Positions 9,128-18,680 of a stretch of DNA of 64,000 bases are shown here, piece after piece. Under the pieces are notes generated by a model, which saw nothing but the letters and a program-made list of their open reading frames with translations, searched no databases and was not told the DNA's origin. Each line of letters starts with the position of its first letter. Within the stretch, counting starts at the first letter, position 1. The DNA comes from a bacterium (lineage in GTDB: Bacteria; Patescibacteriota; Minisyncoccia; Minisyncoccales; Minisyncoccaceae). The stretch is taken from NCBI GenBank assembly GCA_023228085.1, contig JALOBW010000004.1, positions 2,070 through 66,069 on the forward strand, written 5' to 3'. A program made the translations under genes and the position numbers.

Positions 9128-9919
9128 ATGGTAAAAAATAAAAGCATAACAGATGTTGAGAATAAAACCATAGATGGAGTCCCTGAAATTAATTCAGTAA
9201 TAGACACAGAGCCTCCAATGGTTCCAAATAATCCCATTGAGATAGCCACGATAGAACAACCAAAGCTAGACCCAAGATTTATAGTCAACATAAAAGGCAA
9301 AGATTTTGTTGTATATGCAGGGCTACTAGATCTTGCCCATCAAAAGGGATTTCATGATTTAGTTGTCCAAGCTATACAATACCCAAATGATGAAAATAAT
9401 CACATGGCAATTTGTGTAGCAGTATTGACAGATAATGGAGGTCGTAAGTTTCAAGACTTTGGAGACGCAGACCACAGTAATGTCAATTCCAAAATCAGAG
9501 GTCATGAATTGAGAATGGCTTCTACTAGGGCTAAAGCTAGAGTACTTAGAGACTTTACCAACGTTGGCATGACAGCTCTGGAGGAAATAGGAGACATTGA
9601 CAATACAGCAGATAATGAAGATGAGCATTATGACAATAGACCATCTAATGTGGTAAGGTTCCCAAAAAAAGAAAACAGGGCTGCTGAAAATGATGAACTT
9701 ACCTTCATAAAAGCCAATATAGCTGATTTAATTAAGACTAAACTGTCTTTCTACTCAACGGATGCTAATGACACTAGCATGAAAGCTGTTAAGAATCTAT
9801 ACAGAGACCTTACCCTCCCAATGGCAAAGGCTCTATGTGATGCCATGTATCTCAAAGAAAATGGTTCAATGTCATTTGATGAGTTTAGTAAATTACAATT
9901 AACAATACGGCAGATGTAA
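9128..9919 (+). CDS. Rad52/Sak-like single-strand annealing protein (probable)
   Basis: FVVYAGLLDLAH...FQDFGDA...LRMASTRAKARVLRD..VGMTALEE pattern; directly abuts recA. Confidence 0.55.
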   Translation: MVKNKSITDVENKTIDGVPEINSVIDTEPPMVPNNPIEIATIEQPKLDPRFIVNIKGKDFVVYAGLLDLAHQKGFHDLVVQAIQYPNDENNHMAICVAVLTDNGGRKFQDFGDADHSNVNSKIRGHELRMASTRAKARVLRDFTNVGMTALEEIGDIDNTADNEDEHYDNRPSNVVRFPKKENRAAENDELTFIKANIADLIKTKLSFYSTDANDTSMKAVKNLYRDLTLPMAKALCDAMYLKENGSMSFDEFSKLQLTIRQM

Positions 9920-9930
9920 GATTGTAAACA

Positions 9931-9950
9931 GGGGGGCTTTATTGCCCCCC
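9931..9950 (+). terminator. GC-rich hairpin (terminator or RNA-stabilising stem)
   Basis: GGGGGGC-TTTATT-GCCCCCC, 7-bp stem in an intergenic gap; only a weak U-tract follows. Confidence 0.45.
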
Positions 9951-9968
9951 ATTTAAAGGAGAAATAAT

Positions 9969-10274
9969 ATGACTAAAATATTAAATATAGAAATAAAATC
10001 ATGCTCTGAATGCCCAATGTATGAACACAGAAGAAGCACCTATTGGGGCGATAGGGTTCCAACCGTAACTGACGAACACCATTGTGAAATGATTCTCAAA
10101 TTGAGCAGATCTATGGAAAGTGAAGGGACATCATATATTAAAGTATTAGAGAAATATGGTAGTGTTGTGATCCAAAATGACGTAAAATACCAAGATCCTG
10201 ATGAGCCACCTAATTTTAAACAAGACTTTACTAAAGAAATATATATAAGGTGCCCATTGCCAAACAAGGAGTAG
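9969..10274 (+). CDS. small Cys-motif hypothetical protein
   Basis: AAGGAG RBS; CSECP...HC...CPL. Confidence 0.7.
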   Translation: MTKILNIEIKSCSECPMYEHRRSTYWGDRVPTVTDEHHCEMILKLSRSMESEGTSYIKVLEKYGSVVIQNDVKYQDPDEPPNFKQDFTKEIYIRCPLPNKE

Positions 10275-10278
10275 CAGT

Positions 10279-11412
10279 ATGACTAATAAAACCAATAAAG
10301 CACTCATAGTAGCAGATTTACATTTATCCCATAAACATAGGTTTCCAAATCCCCAAATGAGGCTACGGAGGGACATCCAGGCTGTCAATAACTTATGTAG
10401 AGAGGTAGTAAGGTTAAATTGTAATTCCCTTATTATTGCAGGAGACTTTTTTGATACTTATAATCCAAGCATAGAATTACTAAATAGTATAATAGGAGAA
10501 ATGCAAACATTAGCAACTGACAATGATGTTAGAATTTACTTTATAAGAGGAAATGGAATACATGAAGGAGCTAAAGATAGGTGGAGCAACCCATTACTAA
10601 CCCTTGCATCTGCAATAGACAATGCCTTATTTATAGATTGTGGATATCATATAGAGCCATCTATTGATGACATTATAATGATACCACACTGTGAATCATC
10701 AGATGAGTTTCTGTCTAATTTAGATTCTGCAATAATAAATAGAAATGCTAGTGATAAGTATAGTAACCACAAAGATCAGTGCTACATAATATGCCACCAA
10801 TGGTTTGATACACTATTTAGATTTGATTCACCTGATACTATTAGGTGTGATGACATATTAAAAATAACAAACAAAAGAGAAGATGTTAAATTTAGGTTTA
10901 TATCTGGGCATCAACACAAAAGCGTATCGGTATATTACAATGACAATATATCTATTGCTAGCATAGGAATCCCAATTCAACAGAACTTTGGAGACCCATT
11001 GGATACAAATGCAATATTGTTAGAAAGTTTCACAGGAAAACTAGATTATCATTGGAACAAAATAGAGCTTTCAGACATTAAGTTTAAAAAGATAAAAGCA
11101 TCTAATATGGAAGAATTTGAAAGATTTACAGACCCAGATGCTAAAAAGCACCTGTATAGCATAGACATCCAATGTGAAGAGGATGAAAAGTTATTCAAAG
11201 CAATGTCTGAAGAGGGTTATTTTATTGAACCAAACTTCATGAAGCCAGAAAATGTACCTGGTAAAATAGAAAGAGAGGAGATTAAATTGGATAGTGACAT
11301 TGAATCCATATTAAGTGAAACTGTTGATGAGTTAAGCGGAGAGCCAGAAGAGGTTAGGAAAGAAATTATAGCCATAGGCATGGAATTAACAAAAGAACCT
11401 TGCCCATTTTAA
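10279..11412 (+). CDS. sbcD: Mre11/SbcD-like metallophosphoesterase nuclease
   Basis: ADLH, AGDFFD, GNGIHE, CHQ, SGHQH, QQNFGD; lies near the Rad50-like ATPase. Confidence 0.8.
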   Translation: MTNKTNKALIVADLHLSHKHRFPNPQMRLRRDIQAVNNLCREVVRLNCNSLIIAGDFFDTYNPSIELLNSIIGEMQTLATDNDVRIYFIRGNGIHEGAKDRWSNPLLTLASAIDNALFIDCGYHIEPSIDDIIMIPHCESSDEFLSNLDSAIINRNASDKYSNHKDQCYIICHQWFDTLFRFDSPDTIRCDDILKITNKREDVKFRFISGHQHKSVSVYYNDNISIASIGIPIQQNFGDPLDTNAILLESFTGKLDYHWNKIELSDIKFKKIKASNMEEFERFTDPDAKKHLYSIDIQCEEDEKLFKAMSEEGYFIEPNFMKPENVPGKIEREEIKLDSDIESILSETVDELSGEPEEVRKEIIAIGMELTKEPCPF

Positions 11413-11425
11413 GGAGAAATATATT

Positions 11426-12454
11426 ATGAGAAAATTAGCAAGTATTCAAAGGATAGAGCAAGTAATTCCAATAGAAGGAGCAGATAATATAGAATCAGTA
11501 AGGGTTCTTGGCTGGGTCTGTGTTGTGAAGAAGGGCGAATTTGAGCCTGGCAATCTATGTATTTACATTGAAATAGATTCAGTGCTGCCCAACATCCCAC
11601 AATTTGAGTTCTTTAAAAAATATGCAAAGGACAGGCGAGTAAAAACCATTAAATTGCGTAAGATAATTTCTCAAGGACTATGTTTACCAGTAGGAGAATA
11701 TTTGCCTTCAGAATATAATGGCATTCAAGTAGGAGATGATGTTACTAGTATTTTTGGCATTGAAAAATATGAGCCACCTGCTGAAATCAGGGGAGCTGGA
11801 TATGATAAAATGATGGCATTCCCAATAGTAATACCAAAGCCAGATGAAACAAGGATACAAACAATACCCCACATATTAGAACAATTCAAAGGAACCCCAT
11901 GTTATATAACAGAGAAAATAGATGGGACTTCAGTTACATTTTTTAAATATGAAGGTGAAATAGGAGTGTGCTCAAAGAATGTAAGGTATCAACTTGATGC
12001 TTCCAATGTATATACTGCCATGTTTAAAAAACATGATTTAGAAGAAAAACTAAAATCAAGCTATGACAATATTGCAATACAGGGAGAAATAGTTGGTCAA
12101 AAAATACAGAGCAATAAATACAAATTCCCAGATCAAAAGCTATTTATATACTCAATATATGACATTAAAAGCCAAAGATACTATTCTTGGGATTTAATGA
12201 ATAGGGTATGCACTGAGCTTGGATTAAAATGTGTTCCCTATTTATTGGGCATAGATTTATCTGGAGGAGTTGATGATTTTGTGGGATACTCAAAAGGCAA
12301 ATCTGTATTAAATCCAGAAGTGCACAGAGAAGGCATTGTAATAAGAGCAAGAGGTGCAATAGATTTAGATCTCAAGACTATGAGCGAGCTTGGGTATAAT
12401 AGGTTCTCGTTTAAAGTTATAAATCCTGATTTTCTTATAAAATACGGAGAATGA
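11426..12454 (+). CDS. RNA ligase (Rnl2-like nucleotidyltransferase, DRB0094-type)
   Basis: N-terminal MRKLASIQRI..IEGADNIE domain; motifs TEKIDGTS, QGEIVG, EGIVIR, FKVINPDF. Confidence 0.9.
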   Translation: MRKLASIQRIEQVIPIEGADNIESVRVLGWVCVVKKGEFEPGNLCIYIEIDSVLPNIPQFEFFKKYAKDRRVKTIKLRKIISQGLCLPVGEYLPSEYNGIQVGDDVTSIFGIEKYEPPAEIRGAGYDKMMAFPIVIPKPDETRIQTIPHILEQFKGTPCYITEKIDGTSVTFFKYEGEIGVCSKNVRYQLDASNVYTAMFKKHDLEEKLKSSYDNIAIQGEIVGQKIQSNKYKFPDQKLFIYSIYDIKSQRYYSWDLMNRVCTELGLKCVPYLLGIDLSGGVDDFVGYSKGKSVLNPEVHREGIVIRARGAIDLDLKTMSELGYNRFSFKVINPDFLIKYGE

Positions 12455-12455
12455 A

Positions 12456-14288
12456 ATGAAACTAAAAACAGTTAGAATTAAAGATTTTATGACAATACAT
12501 AAAGCAACGGTTGAGCTTGACAATCAGGGCATTGTGTTGCTTCTTGGGGAGAATAGAGATGATAAGTTTGCTACATCTAACCTATCTGGTAAGTCAACAA
12601 TATTTGAAGCTATCTGCTGGGGGCTATATGGCAAGACCTATAGGGGTATTAAGGGCAAAGAAGTAATAAGAGATGGATGCAGTGGATGTAAGGTTGAAGT
12701 AGAACTTGAAGACTCTACATTTATAAATAGAGAAAGGACTGAAAATAAGGAATATCTAAGTACGATGTATCCAATAGAATTTGGCTCTGTTCCAAATGAT
12801 ACTGCATTGACCCAGGAGTCCCTAAATGAAAAACTTGGTATGGACTTTAACACATTTACAAGTTTTGTATATTTTGGAGATGATACTGCAAATAAAAACA
12901 TAACCCTATTTGGAGAAGCTACTAATAGTGAAAAATTTAAAACCTTAAAGGCATTTCTAAATTTTGACCTTTGGGATACTGGATATGCTAATGCTAAAAG
13001 TGAACTAGATAAGCTGGAAAACTCTATTAGGAAGATAGCAACTGAAAAAATAGAACTTAATAACAAGAATAAAGTAATAGAAGCTAAAATGGAATCTCTT
13101 TCAGAACACCTCAAAAGCCTATGGGAATCTTTACATAGCTTGTCAAATCCTGAAAACCAAGACGACTTAAACTTAGAAATGGGAATGAAAGACTTGTCAG
13201 ATAAAGAATTGGATTTGTTAGCTAAGAAAAAAGCTCTTATAGAGTCCAAGGTCAACATTGCTAACCAAAGATCTTCTCTTATGCTTAAAAAGAGCAAGGT
13301 TGAAGCTGAAAATGGATCAATAAATGCTAATATATTAAGGATATCTGATAAAATTAGAGATCTTGAATCTGCCCAATCTACAAAAATATGCCCATTTTGC
13401 AAACAGGAAATTAAAGAAGATACGGAGTGGACAAACTGCTACACAAAGATTGAAGAATTGGAAAAAGAAATCCAATATTTAAGTGCTAATATGCTTGCCA
13501 ATAAAGATGCTATTGAAGCATTGAAGATTGAAGTTGCCCAGTTGGGAGATAAAGAGAGCGAAGTTTGGAGGCTAATATGTGAAGTTGATGATGAGATGAA
13601 AGAAATATCATCAAAGATGGGAATGATAAAACAAAAAGAAAAATCTAAAGCAGAAAGAGAAACATCTATAAAAAGGTATGGCAATGAAATTGGAAAAACA
13701 GAAGAATCGTTAGAGAACATGGAAAAGGCAATAAAGTCTAATAGTGAAATGATAAAGCTGTTAGATGAATCTGTTATTGAAATTGAGCATAAATGCAGAA
13801 TATTAAGATTCTGGGTAAAGCAGGGATTTAAAGAAGGAGGAGCAAAAAATGTCGAGTTACGTAGAATTATCCCATTCATCAACAACCACATTAAGTCTTA
13901 CGTTTCGTCAATATTGTCATCAGATTATCCCATTACTCTTTCTCCTTGCAGGGAGCTTAAAAGTGGCAATATTAAAAATGAAATATCAGTCGAAATGTCA
14001 GGAAATTATCAGCGTAAGTCTAGAAGTGAAAGAAGAAGAATTGATATTATTATCAATATGGCATTGTCTATGCTCCATCCAAAATTTTGCAATGTTATCT
14101 TATGTGATGAATTGTTTAGTGCAATGGATGAAAAGGGGATGGAGATAATAATTAGATTCTTTAAATCTCTTATTGAGATGGGCAAAGTTTCAAGTGTATT
14201 CTTGGCAAGCCCATATGACATGGATATAGATGTTGATAATAGAATAACTGTAATAAAAGAAAATGGCATGAGCCATGTAAAGGAGTAA
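12456..14288 (+). CDS. sbcC: Rad50/SbcC-like ABC ATPase
   Basis: Walker A SNLSGKST, long coiled coil, zinc hook CPFC, Walker B ILCDE, D-loop LFSAMD. Confidence 0.85.
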   Translation: MKLKTVRIKDFMTIHKATVELDNQGIVLLLGENRDDKFATSNLSGKSTIFEAICWGLYGKTYRGIKGKEVIRDGCSGCKVEVELEDSTFINRERTENKEYLSTMYPIEFGSVPNDTALTQESLNEKLGMDFNTFTSFVYFGDDTANKNITLFGEATNSEKFKTLKAFLNFDLWDTGYANAKSELDKLENSIRKIATEKIELNNKNKVIEAKMESLSEHLKSLWESLHSLSNPENQDDLNLEMGMKDLSDKELDLLAKKKALIESKVNIANQRSSLMLKKSKVEAENGSINANILRISDKIRDLESAQSTKICPFCKQEIKEDTEWTNCYTKIEELEKEIQYLSANMLANKDAIEALKIEVAQLGDKESEVWRLICEVDDEMKEISSKMGMIKQKEKSKAERETSIKRYGNEIGKTEESLENMEKAIKSNSEMIKLLDESVIEIEHKCRILRFWVKQGFKEGGAKNVELRRIIPFINNHIKSYVSSILSSDYPITLSPCRELKSGNIKNEISVEMSGNYQRKSRSERRRIDIIINMALSMLHPKFCNVILCDELFSAMDEKGMEIIIRFFKSLIEMGKVSSVFLASPYDMDIDVDNRITVIKENGMSHVKE

Positions 14289-14290
14289 AA

Positions 14291-14416
14291 ATGGCTGGAA
14301 TAGCGATTTGGATCGGCAGTATTTATTTAATAGTTTGCATTACTTGTTTTACCATATCTTCATACCATACTGCTGAAATGGTTGATAAAATTGCAAAGAA
14401 AATGAAACTGAGGTGA
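14291..14416 (+). CDS. small membrane protein (41 aa), not in the ORF track
   Basis: AAGGAG RBS; MAGIAIWIGSIYLIVCITCF hydrophobic helix followed by a basic tail. Confidence 0.6.
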   Translation: MAGIAIWIGSIYLIVCITCFTISSYHTAEMVDKIAKKMKLR

Positions 14417-14419
14417 GTC

Positions 14420-14731
14420 ATGAAGCTATTTTTATCTAACAAGTCAAACGATGATGCTATAAGGATTAGAATTGAAAGAACAGAAGATGGGATGACTCTA
14501 ACGGATGATAAGTCATTGCTATATTATATTATAGACAAATTTAGCATAGGCAAAGAATCTGCAAAGAGGATGATAGAAAAAGCAATAAAGCACAAGATGG
14601 AGTTGAATTTTTACAAAAATAAACTATATTATAATATAGCTACTTTATTTGACTTAGTTGATGAATATGAAGACTTTAAACAACACGTAACAAACATAAT
14701 AGACACAACACGAGGAGACCTACATGCTTAA
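14420..14731 (+). CDS. hypothetical protein
   Basis: GAGGTGA RBS; 103 aa. Confidence 0.7.
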   Translation: MKLFLSNKSNDDAIRIRIERTEDGMTLTDDKSLLYYIIDKFSIGKESAKRMIEKAIKHKMELNFYKNKLYYNIATLFDLVDEYEDFKQHVTNIIDTTRGDLHA

Positions 14732-15125
14732 TATGATAAAGAAATTTATAAAAAGTAACACTTTTGATATTATAATGGGTGGCATAATTGTACTAGTGGC
14801 AATATGCTCTATTTTAGCAATGGCATATGGCGTAGCTAAGATAACAGAACCATTCCGTGACAATAAAATAGAAACTCATTTAATATCTGGAGTAATAACT
14901 GGGGCAGAGTATGATGGAAATAGTGTAATAGTTGAAATGCAAGATAGTGATGCTGAAATAAAATACATTAGATTGAACAATATTATTGGTCATGTATTGT
15001 GGGTATTTGGAGACACAACTATTATCTATGATAGTAATGGTAATATTATAAAAACATACAAAACTCCTCAATCCAACAATACAAAACCAGAACCACCTGA
15101 AAATGTAAGGAGCATAAACAAATGA
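14724..15125 (+). CDS. membrane-anchored hypothetical protein
   Basis: GAGGAG RBS; N-terminal TM helix IIMGGIIVLVAICSILAMAYGV. Confidence 0.7.
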   Translation: MLNMIKKFIKSNTFDIIMGGIIVLVAICSILAMAYGVAKITEPFRDNKIETHLISGVITGAEYDGNSVIVEMQDSDAEIKYIRLNNIIGHVLWVFGDTTIIYDSNGNIIKTYKTPQSNNTKPEPPENVRSINK

Positions 15126-15646
15126 AAATATTAGCAATAGATCCAGGCAGTGAAAAATCTGCCTTTATAGCATGGGATACCGAAAAGCATGAAATAATAA
15201 AAGGGGAGTATGTTTGGTTTGAAGACACAAAAATACTAGGAATTGAAAATAATGAATACATCATAGATTGCATGTTGTGTGAGGAAACTAATATAGTCTG
15301 GGGGATGGACTTGATTGCTATTGAAATGATTTCATCTTATGGCTTTTCGGTTGGAAAATCTGTATTCCAAACCATAAAGTGGATAGGAAGATTCGAAGAA
15401 TACATAAAGCATGTTGTAAACATAGCTATAAAGAAAAATGTTCCAGTCCAATTTTATACTAGACCAACCATAAAAGGAGCGCTTGGGTGTAGGAATGATG
15501 CAGAAGTAAGACAGGCTATAAGGATGGAATATGGAGAAGCAAGGAAAGGAGAAAAACTTGAAAGAGTAAGGAAAGATATTTGGCAAGCTGTAGCATTGGC
15601 TATTGCATTAGAGAAAAACCCAAACTTAAAGCAATGGGAGGAATAA
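15122..15646 (+). CDS. RuvC-like Holliday junction resolvase
   Basis: ILAIDPG, IAIE, DIWQAVALA (RNase H-fold catalytic pattern). Confidence 0.75.
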   Translation: MKILAIDPGSEKSAFIAWDTEKHEIIKGEYVWFEDTKILGIENNEYIIDCMLCEETNIVWGMDLIAIEMISSYGFSVGKSVFQTIKWIGRFEEYIKHVVNIAIKKNVPVQFYTRPTIKGALGCRNDAEVRQAIRMEYGEARKGEKLERVRKDIWQAVALAIALEKNPNLKQWEE

Positions 15647-15648
15647 AT

Positions 15649-15972
15649 ATGACTAAAAAGATATGCTGTAACTTTAATGAACTACTAGATCTTGCATTGG
15701 CCCATGCTCCAAGGCGCATCACTTCTATTAGTAATTTTTCAGCAATATCATTTATCCAAAAACTAATTATGTGGTTCAATATTGGAGGCTATTCTTACAT
15801 TAGAAAGGGCCCATGCTCACTATATTCTATAATGGTCAGTAAGGAGATGTTTCATATTTTAAAAGAAGAGCTATTGTCATTATTTATTAATAATGACATA
15901 AAACAATCTGCGCATAACTCAGAGGAGGTCTTAATACTCGGAGTAAGAATCACCCCAAGTCAATATCTATAG
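15649..15972 (+). CDS. hypothetical protein
   Basis: GGAGG RBS before ATG 15649. Confidence 0.65.
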   Translation: MTKKICCNFNELLDLALAHAPRRITSISNFSAISFIQKLIMWFNIGGYSYIRKGPCSLYSIMVSKEMFHILKEELLSLFINNDIKQSAHNSEEVLILGVRITPSQYL

Positions 15973-15987
15973 GAGGTAAGTATTGCA

Positions 15988-16188
15988 ATGAAATTTAGGT
16001 TAGATGATACAGAAGATAATAGATCAGCTTTCAATGAAGTAAATAGATGTATCCAAGTTGGCAGAGCATTTATTGTATATTACAATAAAGAAGATAAGAA
16101 TACTTATATTCTACTAACTGGTCAAGAAGCTATAGATTTCAATTTAGATAGAGAAAAACATATTTACATTTCATCAGGAGGATTGTAA
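15988..16188 (+). CDS. hypothetical protein
   Basis: AGGAGGT RBS; 66 aa. Confidence 0.65.
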   Translation: MKFRLDDTEDNRSAFNEVNRCIQVGRAFIVYYNKEDKNTYILLTGQEAIDFNLDREKHIYISSGGL

Positions 16189-16782
16189 GTGACACAGGTT
16201 ATTAAATCAATACAGAATAGAGATCAAGATGTTTTGATGGCAATAAGGGAATTATACTTATATGGAGAGAAATTTGAATTGGACCCCTGTTATTCTTCTG
16301 GAAAGTTCTATGAAGGAATTGAGCCACCAAATATAACAATGGACAAAGAGCCTGCTAATTACAAAATTATTAAAAATGACATTATGGATGGGATACCATG
16401 TAAAGATAGCTCAATTACAAGTATAGTTTTTGACCCACCATTCATGTTTGGAACACATGGTCAAACTAAAAACAATATAATGACCAAAAGATTTACCATG
16501 TTTGATAGTTGGGAACAATTAGAGCAAATGTATAAAAAGGCACTATCTGAATTTTATAGGATTCTGGTTAAAGGTGGAATAGTTGCTTTTAAGTGCCAGG
16601 ACTACACAGACAGTAGAACTACACTAACTCATTGCTTTGTTCATAACTGGGCCATTGAGAATGGCTTTAAGATTGAAGACTTGTTTATAATGGTATTTAG
16701 CGGAGTCAGGATTTGGAATAGCAACTTAACACAGAGACATGCAAGGAAATATCATTCCTACTGGATAGTATTAAGGAAATAA
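16189..16782 (+). CDS. DNA amino-methyltransferase (probably N6-adenine)
   Basis: SAM-binding LDPCYSSG followed by catalytic FDPPF; LVKGGIVAFKCQD. Confidence 0.75.
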   Translation: MTQVIKSIQNRDQDVLMAIRELYLYGEKFELDPCYSSGKFYEGIEPPNITMDKEPANYKIIKNDIMDGIPCKDSSITSIVFDPPFMFGTHGQTKNNIMTKRFTMFDSWEQLEQMYKKALSEFYRILVKGGIVAFKCQDYTDSRTTLTHCFVHNWAIENGFKIEDLFIMVFSGVRIWNSNLTQRHARKYHSYWIVLRK

Positions 16783-17459
16783 TGGAAAATAAAACTATAG
16801 ATAAATACCTATTAAAGTATAAAGAAACTTTAGATGAAAGCTACAAGAATGCCCTCATAACAGAAATATACTTCATGGCAAAGAGGTTTGTTAGAGTATT
16901 AAAGACTAGGAAAAACTATAGCAACATGGACAGTAATGAGTTAATCAATGTTGCAATAATTAGAGCAATGGAAATTATAAACAACACAGGCAGTGACCTA
17001 TATAAAGTAGAAAGCAAGTCTGGGTATATAATGGGCATAATAAAGAACTCTATGAAAGAATATGTTAGATCTCTAAAAGATAATAGGGAGTACAATATAG
17101 ATGATTTAGAAAGCCCAGATTACTTTATAGCTATCAATAGGAAGAATATTGCAATAGAAATAAAGGATAAGCACGAAATAAAGCAAAGAGCATCTTTAAT
17201 TTTAAAAGCAATTAAGTCCTTTAGGGTTCCTCATTATATCAATATAGGCATGGATTTGGATAAAACTGTTAAAATAATTGATGAGGCAGTTGACAAAATC
17301 AAAAAAAATTACTATATTATTATAAGAGATGAAAGAAGATTTAAGATGAAAGTAAATTTAGAATATAAAATAAGAAAGGAGCAGAAGCAATTTATTGTTA
17401 GTTATTACAACTACCTATTAAAAAAACATGTAGAACAATACCAGTTGCTTGATAATTAA
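16782..17459 (+). CDS. possible sigma70-region-2-like transcription factor
   Basis: NELINVAIIRAMEII...SGYIMGIIKNSMKEYVR loosely matches the sigma region 2 pattern. Confidence 0.4.
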   Translation: MENKTIDKYLLKYKETLDESYKNALITEIYFMAKRFVRVLKTRKNYSNMDSNELINVAIIRAMEIINNTGSDLYKVESKSGYIMGIIKNSMKEYVRSLKDNREYNIDDLESPDYFIAINRKNIAIEIKDKHEIKQRASLILKAIKSFRVPHYINIGMDLDKTVKIIDEAVDKIKKNYYIIIRDERRFKMKVNLEYKIRKEQKQFIVSYYNYLLKKHVEQYQLLDN

Positions 17460-17460
17460 G

Positions 17461-18084
17461 ATGGCAGACCTGATACACCAAGATATGACAGAAGACCAGA
17501 AGAATAATGCTATTGCTACATGGCTAATGTATGGATCTAAATTAACAAGAAGGGCAGCAAATGAGTGCTCTTCTGGAGACGATCCAAATGAATTAGTAAA
17601 TGTATCTGGAATTAAACTTGCTAAGTTAATGGGATATAGTATAAATGAATATAGGTTGAAGTTTCTTCCTGCCGTTAAGGCAATGGAAAACTTCATAGGA
17701 ATCCACGTTGATAGTAAGATGGTTCAGGAAACATTTTTTGACATAGCCATAGACACCTACACTAGGATAACCAATAACCAAATAAAGTTAGAGGAGGACA
17801 AGGATTTATTCAGAAAGGTTTTACATGAGGTTATGGAAAAACCAATGAATGAAGTCTCTGATAGAGACCTAGATATATTAAAGCATTACTCCAAGGTTCT
17901 TGCTACAATGTCATCTATATCAGGGAGACAAATAGAAGCTCCTGCTGCTGCATTTTCTGCAATAACTGAAGGGCTATCTAAGTTAAACAAGCAACCAGAT
18001 TTGCATGTTAATCAGGATTTTTCAAATAATCCAAGACAATATATACTAAACCAAAATGGAAATAAGGAAAATAACGATGGCTGA
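17461..18084 (+). CDS. candidate terminase small subunit
   Basis: HTH-like GIKLAKLMGYS; helical body; lies upstream of terL. Confidence 0.45.
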   Translation: MADLIHQDMTEDQKNNAIATWLMYGSKLTRRAANECSSGDDPNELVNVSGIKLAKLMGYSINEYRLKFLPAVKAMENFIGIHVDSKMVQETFFDIAIDTYTRITNNQIKLEEDKDLFRKVLHEVMEKPMNEVSDRDLDILKHYSKVLATMSSISGRQIEAPAAAFSAITEGLSKLNKQPDLHVNQDFSNNPRQYILNQNGNKENNDG

Positions 18085-18676
18085 GAAAAAAGAGAAAAAA
18101 GAAGTTTGTATGAACAGTAAGGAATTAAATAACTTACTATATGGCAAAAATCCCTGCAAGTTCTTAATGAAATTAAGACATGGATTTGATCCATTGCATT
18201 TAATGATCCTAAAAATAGACTATGCAGAGGAATATCTAAACCTCTCCATTAAAGAGCTTATGGTTAGCATGAAGTTATTTAAAAAACTATACTGCTCCAT
18301 CATGTCAGTAACTTCTAAATTCTTTGAAGACAAGAAACCCACCTACTTCTATTTGCATGGGACAAAAATTGTTCCAAGTAACTATATCGGGGAAAAAGTA
18401 AAGGATGCTATTGGCAAGGAAAATCCAACAACTCCAACTCCTGGAGTTGAATCATTGCATTCCATTTCAGATGAGCATTTTACAAATCTAAAAGAATACA
18501 AAGAGATAAAAGATCTATTGAGCATAATTGACACACTACTACATATCAAAGGATTATATCAGTTAAGCCAGTTAAACAAGAAAACTCAAAGGGGAATATT
18601 GAATTTTACCACCCAGACATGCTTTCTTTTGTCCCAATGTTTTCAAGAGCTACCCTTACTCCACAGAGTTAATTAA
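18077..18676 (+). CDS. hypothetical protein
   Basis: AAGGA RBS before ATG 18077; sits between the TerS candidate and terL. Confidence 0.6.
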   Translation: MAEKKEKKEVCMNSKELNNLLYGKNPCKFLMKLRHGFDPLHLMILKIDYAEEYLNLSIKELMVSMKLFKKLYCSIMSVTSKFFEDKKPTYFYLHGTKIVPSNYIGEKVKDAIGKENPTTPTPGVESLHSISDEHFTNLKEYKEIKDLLSIIDTLLHIKGLYQLSQLNKKTQRGILNFTTQTCFLLSQCFQELPLLHRVN

Positions 18677-18680
18677 CAAA

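Noticed and set aside
12638-13891. Long antisense ORFs (254 and 150 aa) opposite the Rad50 coiled coil
   Set aside because: Ser/Leu/Phe-rich mirror of the sense-strand codon bias, with no RBS or motifs. The same applies to the other minus-strand ORFs between 1.4 and 61 kb.
18520-18676. Alternative -1 frame at the end of the 18077 gene that also looks protein-like
   Set aside because: No slippery site or start codon, and codon third positions do not favour either frame.
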